NCBI GenBank assembly: GCA_023250195.1
Contig: JAHFBF010000005.1
Location: 172,025 to 236,024 of the forward strand
Length of the DNA stretch: 64,000 nt
Direction of reading: 5' to 3'
Source of the DNA: Candidatus Melainabacteria bacterium
GTDB taxonomy: Bacteria; Cyanobacteriota; Vampirovibrionia; 2-02-FULL-35-15
A program made the position numbers and the translations under genes. This document shows, in pieces, positions 20,191 through 27,507 of this stretch. The notes below the pieces were generated by a model. The model made no database searches and was not told the DNA's origin. It saw only the letters and a list, made by a program, of their open reading frames with translations. Numbering within the stretch: the stretch's first letter is position 1; every line of letters begins with the position of its first letter.

Positions 20191-21310
20191 AAAATCTATT
20201 CTCTGTTGTCTTTTATCTGCGAGTTTTCTGCTTGGCTGCAGCAAGCCTCAGGCAACATCACAGACTTCAAGTGATGATGCTTATAAAATTGCAGTTGCTG
20301 CACCGCAGTTTGGACCATATAAGGCATTGGGGGTGTCCATTATAAATGGAGCTCAGCTGGCTGTTGACTTAAAAAATCAAGCGGGGGGGATTAATGGAAA
20401 ACAAGTTAAATTAGTTACAGTTGATGATGGAGGACTTGCTGGTGAAGGAACATGGAGAGCAAGAAGTTTAGTAGATGAGATGGTATTAGGTGTAATAGGA
20501 CACTTAAACTCCGATATTTCTATTCCAGCATCTGAGATTTACTCCAAAGCGATGATTCCGGAGATTTCTCCAGGATCAACAAGTCCATTCTTTACGGAAA
20601 GAAAACCGGTTATGGGTTATGTGTTTAGAACAATTGGACGGGATGACCAGCAGGGAGAACTTTCGGCACGATTTGCAGTAAGTCAACATTTTAAAAAAAT
20701 AGCAGTTCTTTATAATAATAGAGGCTACGGAGCCAGTCTGGCATCTGAATTTGTAAATCAAATAAATACAGCAAAAGATACTGAAGTGGTTTTTTATGAA
20801 ATGTATAAAGTTAGCGCAGGTGATTTTTCGAAAGAAATAAATAATCTTAAATTAAAACTCCCGGATCTTGTATTTTTTGTAGGTGAGTATGGAGATGCTG
20901 CAACATTTTTAAAGCAACTAAGAAGTACAGGATTAAAAACAGCATTTCTTGGAAGTGAAGGAGTCTTTGATCAGGAATTTATAAACTCTGCAAAAGGTCA
21001 CAGTGAAAGAGCTTTAGTAGTTTCTTTACCGGAAGTAAAAGATAAAAAGTTTCTTGAAGAATATAAGAACAAGTTTGGTAAAGAACTTGGCTCATATTCA
21101 GCAAATTCATTTGATGCTACAAATGTTTTAATTTCGGCTATTGAAAAAGTAAAAGAAAAAAACCCGGATAAAATCGCAAGAGCAATCCGTGAGACAAAAA
21201 ATTTCCCGGGGTTAACTGGAAATATTTCATTTGATGAAAAAGGTGATCTTGTAGATCCAAAATTTTCAATTTATGTGGTAAAAAATGGAATATTTGTTAG
21301 TGTGCAGTAG
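20177..21310 (+). CDS. Lipoprotein. Second LivK/Peripla_BP_6-family binding protein, a tandem paralogue.
   Basis: Lipobox FLLGC. The central ~60 residues are near-identical to the previous gene (E-M-[IV]-LGVIGHLNSDISIPASE-[FI]-YS-[RK]-A-[KM]-IP-[QE]-ISPGSTSP-[YF]-FTER...GYVFRTIGRDD). Confidence 0.7.
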   Translation: MMRSKKSILCCLLSASFLLGCSKPQATSQTSSDDAYKIAVAAPQFGPYKALGVSIINGAQLAVDLKNQAGGINGKQVKLVTVDDGGLAGEGTWRARSLVDEMVLGVIGHLNSDISIPASEIYSKAMIPEISPGSTSPFFTERKPVMGYVFRTIGRDDQQGELSARFAVSQHFKKIAVLYNNRGYGASLASEFVNQINTAKDTEVVFYEMYKVSAGDFSKEINNLKLKLPDLVFFVGEYGDAATFLKQLRSTGLKTAFLGSEGVFDQEFINSAKGHSERALVVSLPEVKDKKFLEEYKNKFGKELGSYSANSFDATNVLISAIEKVKEKNPDKIARAIRETKNFPGLTGNISFDEKGDLVDPKFSIYVVKNGIFVSVQ

Positions 21311-21381
21311 TTTTGTAACAGTAAAATATTTTTTTGATTACAAGTTTTAAAAAATAATCTGTTGAAATATTTTAAATTTCT

Positions 21382-21816
21382 CTAAACTAAACCAGCTCGA
21401 ACTTTCTCTAGGGTGGTCCACATTTCCATAGCATCATTATCATCAGCTTTTATATGTTCTATTTTCAAAAGCATTGGATTGATTTTAAATATAGCTTCAT
21501 GGGCATCAAAAGTTTTCCCAGCAGTTATATGTAGAGTCCAAGACTCATTAGAGCTTCCAACATTAGCTACTTTTAAGTAAAATTTGCAATCAGCAGGAGA
21601 AAGGCCAGCCAGTTGTTTAGTAGGATCCTTTTGAAATGCTATAACAGTTTGCAAATTTCTAAAAGTATCTCTTGAAAGAGGCTTGACTTCAAACCTAAAA
21701 TCTGAAAGCATAGGAAACTGTTTTTTATCTTTAGTTTTTTTTAAAGCAGCTGTTATTTGTCCTGCTATATCGATGCCTGGCTGAAGTCTATAAGTTACAC
21801 GTTGTAATGAACTCAT
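21382..21816 (-). CDS. Hypothetical protein (144 aa)
   Basis: ORF only. Confidence 0.35.
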   Translation of the reverse strand: MSSLQRVTYRLQPGIDIAGQITAALKKTKDKKQFPMLSDFRFEVKPLSRDTFRNLQTVIAFQKDPTKQLAGLSPADCKFYLKVANVGSSNESWTLHITAGKTFDAHEAIFKINPMLLKIEHIKADDNDAMEMWTTLEKVRAGLV

Positions 21817-21889
21817 TTTTATTTAGCTCCTAATTTTTGTACATAAGAATTATATCAAAATTATATTTGGCAATTGTTAAAATGTCAGA

Positions 21890-22702
21890 CTAAATAATAT
21901 TCTCTAATCCATAAATCAGATGATCTAATTCCATTACTTTTTTAACAGCCATTAAAACACCAGGCATAAAAGCTGTACGGTCATAAGTATCGTGCCTTAT
22001 AGTTAATGTTTGCCCAAGCATTCCCATTATGATTTCCTGGTTGGCAATAATTCCGGGTAATCTCACGCTGTGAATATGAATATTTCCTTCAGAAACTGAA
22101 CCTCTTGCACCTTTTATAGTTTCTTTCCCTTTAACACTATCTCGCCCAAACTCTTTTCTGGATTGTGCCATAAGTTCTGCTGATTTTATGGATGTGCCGC
22201 TTGGAGCGTCCAGCTTTTTATCATGATGATATTCAATAATTTCTGCGTGTGAAAAATATTTTCCTGCTTCTTTTGCAAACCTCATCATTAAGATTGCTCC
22301 AAGTGCAAAATTTGGTGCTACTATCGCCCCGGTTTGATTTTGTTTTGATAATTTAGCCAGCTCATTTATGTCATCTTTTGTCATTCCTGTAGTGCCGATT
22401 ACAGCTCTGACACCTGCTTTTAAAGCTATCTGTGAATTTACAATTACAATTTCAGGCATTGTAAAATCCACCATTACATCAGGATTTGTTTTTGTAATTA
22501 CTTCCTTTAGATCGCCAGTTAATTTAACACCAGTTTCATTTATTCCACAAATTAAACCAATATCTTTTCCAATATTTGGATTTCCTGTTCTATCTACAGT
22601 ACCAACAAGTTTAAAACCAGCTTCGGCATCAACAGCTCTTACAACAGCCTGACCCATTTTTCCTGCTGCACCACAAACTAAAACTTTGATATCTTTTGGC
22701 AT
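21890..22702 (-). CDS. dapB: 4-hydroxy-tetrahydrodipicolinate reductase
   Basis: N-terminal Rossmann motif KVLVCGAAGKMGQAVVRAV. DapB length and C-terminal tetramerisation-domain pattern. Confidence 0.85.
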   Translation of the reverse strand: MPKDIKVLVCGAAGKMGQAVVRAVDAEAGFKLVGTVDRTGNPNIGKDIGLICGINETGVKLTGDLKEVITKTNPDVMVDFTMPEIVIVNSQIALKAGVRAVIGTTGMTKDDINELAKLSKQNQTGAIVAPNFALGAILMMRFAKEAGKYFSHAEIIEYHHDKKLDAPSGTSIKSAELMAQSRKEFGRDSVKGKETIKGARGSVSEGNIHIHSVRLPGIIANQEIIMGMLGQTLTIRHDTYDRTAFMPGVLMAVKKVMELDHLIYGLENII

Positions 22703-22752
22703 AGAGAAAATTATAACATTTTGGGTCTGTAATTTTTTCGAAGATAAAATCG

Positions 22753-22858
22753 CTTGTCATTCTGAATGAAATGAAGAATCTCATTAGTCGATAGCAGTTT
22801 TGTGAGATTCTTCACTGGAGTTTACACTGAGCGAAGTGAATGTGCTCAGAATGACATG
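22753..22858. repeat. Imperfect ~106 bp foldback/palindromic element between the xerD-like gene 3' end and the dapB 5' end
   Basis: Outer arms gtcattctga (22756-22765) / tcagaatgac (22846-22855). Inner arms gaagaatctca / tgagattcttc. Nested alternative stems ctgagc...gctcag and ttcact...agtgaa. Confidence 0.4.
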
Positions 22859-22865
22859 ATTGGAT

Positions 22866-23642
22866 TTACCCAGGCGATAGCATATTTAAAACTTCTCTTT
22901 GCATAGACAAGACATCAATTTTATTTTCAGAGAGTTTTTTAAGACTTCTTGTAGTTAATTTTCCTTCTAAGCCTAAGGTTTCTCTTAAACTTTTAATTAA
23001 TTTATAAATATCAGATTCTGTCATTGGTTTGCCTTTTTCAGTTAAAAACAGATTTAAATGCTCATTTGCCCCAGGAAATGTTTCTCTTATATCAAGTAGG
23101 TATTCTCTAAGAAGTGAAAATGTTTCAAAAGGCAATTCGATTTTTTCAGTATCAGAAAGGGTAATTAATTTATTTTCAAAGTCAACTTGGAAAGTTTTAA
23201 GTGAAGAAATTTGTGTGCCGCTGAGGCCTAATCTCCCAAGCATAAGCAATACAAGCCTTTGAGGAGTTGTTAACTTTGTAGCTTCAATTACTTGTTTCAT
23301 TTCAGAGAGCTCTGTATCTTCCTGCGTTTTAAAAAAGGTAGCCTGATTACTTACGATTAGTGAATAATTTGTAGGGGCCATTTTGTTTTTGTATAAAAAC
23401 CTTAAAAAAAGTCTGAATGTAGAAACTCTGCGGTTGTAAGAATTTCTTTCTTTGTTTGTTTCCTCAAGATGTTTGAGATAATTTCTAACCCAGGTTTGGT
23501 CTACGTCTGATAGCTGGGCATTTTTTGAAGCTGCGTAATCTAATAATTCTTTTAAATCGCTTTTATAAGCTGATTTTGTGTTAGTAGAAAGTTTTTGATC
23601 TTCTTCCGTCTGGTTTATAAACTGTTCTATTATTTCTTTCAT
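22866..23642 (-). CDS. Tyrosine-recombinase (XerC/XerD)-like protein. It is apparently C-terminally truncated and lacks the catalytic His and Tyr. Either a degenerate pseudo-recombinase or a pseudogene.
   Basis: The N-terminal SAM-like core-binding domain and the first catalytic Arg (LMLGRLGLSGTQISSL) align to XerD. The HxxR box reads LTTRSL (His replaced by Thr). The ORF stops ~10 residues before where the Tyr nucleophile should be. Confidence 0.55.
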   Translation of the reverse strand: MKEIIEQFINQTEEDQKLSTNTKSAYKSDLKELLDYAASKNAQLSDVDQTWVRNYLKHLEETNKERNSYNRRVSTFRLFLRFLYKNKMAPTNYSLIVSNQATFFKTQEDTELSEMKQVIEATKLTTPQRLVLLMLGRLGLSGTQISSLKTFQVDFENKLITLSDTEKIELPFETFSLLREYLLDIRETFPGANEHLNLFLTEKGKPMTESDIYKLIKSLRETLGLEGKLTTRSLKKLSENKIDVLSMQREVLNMLSPG

Positions 23643-24004
23643 AAATAAAATGCATTACGAATATGCTCAAGCTTATTTCCTTTATTGTTAATTCTAATCG
23701 CAATTACATCAAACCTGCAAGAGCGATTTTCATTACTATTTGAATAAAGATAGCTTTTTGCAAGCTTATAGAGCTGTTTTTGTTTTTTCTTTGTAACTAA
23801 TTCTTTTGCATCATCTGTGCTGGTAGATCTGGACTTAACCTCTATAAAAACAAGTTCGCTTGTGTTTATATCATTTGCAATAATGTCAATTTCTCCATAT
23901 TTCCCGTAGCGCCAATTTTTATTTAAGATTGAAAAATTATTTTTTTGTAGATAGTCAGAGGCTAATCTTTCACCTTCTTTACCAAGTTTGTGATCTGATG
24001 TCAT
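23639..24004 (-). CDS. YraN/UPF0102-family endonuclease-like protein
   Basis: GKEGERLASDYLQKNNFSILNKNWRYGKYGEIDIIANDINTSELVFIEVKSR matches the YraN (PD-(D/E)xK-like) family. Confidence 0.7.
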   Translation of the reverse strand: MTSDHKLGKEGERLASDYLQKNNFSILNKNWRYGKYGEIDIIANDINTSELVFIEVKSRSTSTDDAKELVTKKKQKQLYKLAKSYLYSNSNENRSCRFDVIAIRINNKGNKLEHIRNAFYL

Positions 24005-24531
24005 GAAAGGTTAATCTCCCATTTAAATGGATTATTTATAATGTATGCACGAATACGGTTCAATTCATTTTCATTACGAATTATATGTTCAAAATAATCG
24101 CGTTGCCATTGGAAATAAAACAAATTTTGCATTTTATTTATTTTGCGTGACGAAAATGTTTTAAAACCACGAACAATTTCAAATAACCCATGTCGTTTGT
24201 TTGTAGAGGCAGGTTTTAAACCTGCCTCTACATGAATTGAACCATGATCATTATCAATGATTATAATCCCATGAATGTGATCTGGCATAATTACAAATTC
24301 ATCCAATTTACAATTTCCATAATGATTTGGTAAATCAAACCAACATTGATTTACGATTTCACCAAGATCATTTAATGTCATTTTTCCAGCAACAATATTT
24401 CCAAATAAACATTCACGATTCTTTGTACAAATTGTAATGTAATAGGCCCCGTTCGATGAATAATCCCAATTTTGCAGGCGTATTGATTTGATTCTGTATT
24501 TGTTTTTAAATAATTGGTAAGCCATCTCCAA
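24001..24531 (-). CDS. IS200/IS605-type HUH (Y1) transposase, REP-associated tyrosine transposase (RAYT)-like
   Basis: HUH motif PDHIHGIIII. C-terminal catalytic Tyr region RDYFEHIIRNENELNRIRAYIINNP. A REP-like palindrome is embedded in the ORF and another lies in the 5' flank. Confidence 0.7.
   Translation of the reverse strand: MEMAYQLFKNKYRIKSIRLQNWDYSSNGAYYITICTKNRECLFGNIVAGKMTLNDLGEIVNQCWFDLPNHYGNCKLDEFVIMPDHIHGIIIIDNDHGSIHVEAGLKPASTNKRHGLFEIVRGFKTFSSRKINKMQNLFYFQWQRDYFEHIIRNENELNRIRAYIINNPFKWEINLS
24203..24231. repeat. REP-like perfect palindrome inside the RAYT ORF
   Basis: gtagaggcaggttttaaacctgcctctac, encoding VEAGLKPAST in frame. Confidence 0.6.
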
Positions 24532-24598
24532 TTATTGTGCATCCTGATGATTAAATTTCATGTAACCTACAGTTACATCGGTTATTAAATTTTTCTAA

Positions 24599-24624
24599 GG
24601 AGTAGGTTTTAAACCTACCTCTAC
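24599..24624. repeat. Second REP-like copy between dut and the RAYT gene. It overlaps the dut stop codon.
   Basis: ggagtaggttttaaacctacctctac. Same AGGTTTTAAACCT core and cctctac arm as the intragenic copy. Confidence 0.55.
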
Positions 24625-25082
24625 TTACCTGTACTTCCAAAGCCGCCGGTACCACGTTTTGTTTCTTCAGGAATTTTTTCTACAAACTCTGTATCTACCT
24701 GAACAACAGGCGCAATAACAAGCTGTGCAATTCTTTCACCAGGCTGGATAATGTAAGGTTCATTACCAAGATTAATCATTAAGCAGCACATTTCACCGCG
24801 ATAGTCACTGTCTACGGTTCCAACACAGTTTGTAAGGGTTATTCCAAACTTTGCAGCTAAACCAGATCGTGGTCTTACCTGACCTTCATATCCTTCCGGC
24901 AAAATCATAATTAATCCTGTAGGCACCTTTGCTCGATCAAATGGCTTTAATGTTAAAGGCTCTTCAAGCACATTGGTAAGATCCATTCCAGCAGCGCCTT
25001 CTGTAGCATAAACAGGAAGCTGTGCTTTTGAGTGAGTCTTAACAAACTGAACTTTTAATTTTCTTTGGGCTAAGGTTTGCAT
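24621..25082 (-). CDS. dut: dUTP diphosphatase
   Basis: dUTPase motifs AAGMDL, RSGLAAKFGITLTNCVGTVDSDYRGE, and C-terminal GFGSTG. Confidence 0.9.
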   Translation of the reverse strand: MQTLAQRKLKVQFVKTHSKAQLPVYATEGAAGMDLTNVLEEPLTLKPFDRAKVPTGLIMILPEGYEGQVRPRSGLAAKFGITLTNCVGTVDSDYRGEMCCLMINLGNEPYIIQPGERIAQLVIAPVVQVDTEFVEKIPEETKRGTGGFGSTGK

Positions 25083-25205
25083 GATATTAAAATCCCTTTC
25101 TTATTCTTACTAATTTCTTACGAAGATTAAATCTCTAATCATTATCAACTAATGAACTCTTAAAAACAATCCTCGTCTGATACAATAAGTACAGACCTTA
25201 AAATT

Positions 25206-25871
25206 ATGCAAGGAGGAATTATGTCACTTACGGTTGACGGTGTGCTTCCTTTACCATTTAGAGTAATACAAAATGCCCGAAATCAATTTTCAGATGAAGG
25301 GACTGCTGTTCAAACTAATCGAGGAAGAGCAAGAAGAAAAACTCGAGAAAATTTCCAAGATGTTCCTACTGAATTACCTAAAGAGATAGAGCTAACTCCT
25401 TTTGAAGCTGCACGGGAATTACATGAAAAAGATCGAAGACAATCAGTGGTACAAACCATGCAATTTTTACAAAGCAGAAAGATCTTAAAAGGATTAATTA
25501 GGAATTTAGAAAGGATAATTGATGGTAGAAGTGAAAGAGTTGCTGGATTCAAATCAAAGATAGAAGTAAGTAAAGAAGATCTTTTTATAAAAGATGTAGC
25601 ATCTAATCTTTGTGTTATTTTAAAAAATTATCCTGTTTATCAGAACGTTCAGGTAGTAATGGGATTTATTGAAATGGTTAACCTGATAGATAAATTAGAA
25701 CGTATTGGAATTGAGGGTGAGACCCATGAATTTGGTTTTCATTCAATTTCAACAAAGCCAAAAGCAGAAAAACAAATAGATAGTTTAGCAGCAACTGAAT
25801 ATGCAAAAGAACTAAGAGCAAAACTCCCTGGTTTATTAGAGTGGCTTGAGATCCCTGCTGCAATAGCCTGA
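25206..25871 (+). CDS. Hypothetical protein (221 aa)
   Basis: ORF only. Confidence 0.35.
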   Translation: MQGGIMSLTVDGVLPLPFRVIQNARNQFSDEGTAVQTNRGRARRKTRENFQDVPTELPKEIELTPFEAARELHEKDRRQSVVQTMQFLQSRKILKGLIRNLERIIDGRSERVAGFKSKIEVSKEDLFIKDVASNLCVILKNYPVYQNVQVVMGFIEMVNLIDKLERIGIEGETHEFGFHSISTKPKAEKQIDSLAATEYAKELRAKLPGLLEWLEIPAAIA

Positions 25872-25876
25872 ATTAT

Positions 25877-26764
25877 TTAAGCAAGAACCGATTTATTTAT
25901 TTTAATGGCTTCAATGGTTGCATTATATGTACGTAGAAGATCATCTTGATTCATACGGATATTTCTAGGAGAGCCTGCTCTGTCAATATGTCCCCCGGCA
26001 TCTTTACCAAACAATCTCTGAAGAATTTCTGGGGCTGTTACTTTTTTTGGACGATCGGCAAATGTTATTGTTATAGTTTCATCGTCAGGATTGAATTTAA
26101 CTATTGCTTCTGCTTTTTGCCCGTCGGGAGTAGTGTACATATAACCAGATATTTCGTAGTTTGAAATTCTTAGAATAACTCCTTCTTTATATTCAACAAA
26201 GCTATCTTGATTAATTTTATTGAAGCTTGAATAGTATTCATCTCCTGCTTGTAAAAGCTCTGGATCATCTTTTGAGATCTTATTTATTACCTCAATTCCT
26301 TTTAAAACCTGATCTGTAACATCTGAAACAGAACCATCCTTATTAGGATGTACTCGATTTTCCTTAAACCATGCAGTAAATGCATAAAGTCTTTTTAAGT
26401 CTTGCTCATCTGGATTGCTATTTTGTATTTTATGGATGCCATGAAGTTCCATAAACATAACAAGTTGCCAAAAATTTTCAACTTCAGGTTTGGTTCCTAA
26501 AATTGCAGCGCAACCAGCAAGCGCATCTAAATCAATATGACTTAACCCGACAACTTCAAGATCTGATTTAGCAGGATCTATGCATCCGTTTTTATATGAA
26601 CATGGAGCAGGCTGGTGTTCTCTAGGACCATGATGTGCCATAGTAAGAACAGAACCTTCTACACAGTCATCACCGTATTCAGCTTCTACAGTAGCAGATC
26701 TTTTCCCACTTAGAGCGGTACGCAAGCTATTTAAGTTTGAGCTTAAAAGAAAACGGATATTCAT
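25877..26764 (-). CDS. Hypothetical protein with possible DHH/DHHA1-like phosphoesterase motifs
   Basis: HIDLDALAG (DHH motif-I-like) and GGHIDRAGS (DHHA1 GGGH-like). The motif order is not fully canonical. Weak. Confidence 0.35.
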   Translation of the reverse strand: MNIRFLLSSNLNSLRTALSGKRSATVEAEYGDDCVEGSVLTMAHHGPREHQPAPCSYKNGCIDPAKSDLEVVGLSHIDLDALAGCAAILGTKPEVENFWQLVMFMELHGIHKIQNSNPDEQDLKRLYAFTAWFKENRVHPNKDGSVSDVTDQVLKGIEVINKISKDDPELLQAGDEYYSSFNKINQDSFVEYKEGVILRISNYEISGYMYTTPDGQKAEAIVKFNPDDETITITFADRPKKVTAPEILQRLFGKDAGGHIDRAGSPRNIRMNQDDLLRTYNATIEAIKINKSVLA

Positions 26765-26769
26765 TTTCT

Positions 26770-27432
26770 TTATTCCTTATCAGGATCCTTACAGTGAATA
26801 GTTTCTACTGTGTATGCTGCATCATGATACAGATCTTCTACAGTAAAGCGGGCTTGCTTAAACTTCTCTGCGAGCAAATATACCTTTTTAATCTTTGATA
26901 AATCCCCTGTTATAACAACAGCAGGTTCAGTATATTTTCCTTGGGGACGAATAGCACAAATCTCTGCTTTCGTTAAATTAAAATCATCACCTAGCTCATG
27001 CCTTACTTCTTCTATAGTATGTAACTTGTTTGATTCTTCATAGAGTTCTCTAAGTCCAAGCACAATTCTAAACCTAGGTGAATCTGAATTATCTTCTATG
27101 TCAAAATCTCCATTAGCTTCTTTAGCTAGTCTTTCAATGACATTGCTAAATTCTCTAACATCAGCGATGGGACCATACTTTTTTCTTGGATAGCGTGTAA
27201 AAAAATAATCAAAGGAATCATATTCCTTAGTAACAATCCAGCCTGAAAAATTAAACTTTAATTCATTTGAAAGAGCTTCTAACTTTTTTATGAAATCATC
27301 TTTACTTAAATTTTTAACTGACACAGATCCTGACCACCAGGCCTCAGGTTTAAGTTCTCGAAAAGCAGGTTTTTCTCCAAGATTTCCAGGAGTAACACCT
27401 TTTCCAAGAGTAAGTCTAACTTCTATAACCAT
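26770..27432 (-). CDS. Hypothetical protein (220 aa)
   Basis: ORF only; 5 nt downstream is the next gene of an apparent operon with the helicase. Confidence 0.35.
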   Translation of the reverse strand: MVIEVRLTLGKGVTPGNLGEKPAFRELKPEAWWSGSVSVKNLSKDDFIKKLEALSNELKFNFSGWIVTKEYDSFDYFFTRYPRKKYGPIADVREFSNVIERLAKEANGDFDIEDNSDSPRFRIVLGLRELYEESNKLHTIEEVRHELGDDFNLTKAEICAIRPQGKYTEPAVVITGDLSKIKKVYLLAEKFKQARFTVEDLYHDAAYTVETIHCKDPDKE

Positions 27433-27507
27433 AGATACTAATACTTTAATTAAGTAGTATCTTACAGTAAGCTTTTAATTTATGGGTTAAAGTTAGCTTT
27501 ATTTCCT

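Noticed and set aside
22703-22865. Lysine (L-box) riboswitch upstream of dapB
   Set aside because: I could not find the conserved L-box helices and motifs, and the region is too short at ~160 nt. I treat it as a foldback or terminator element instead.
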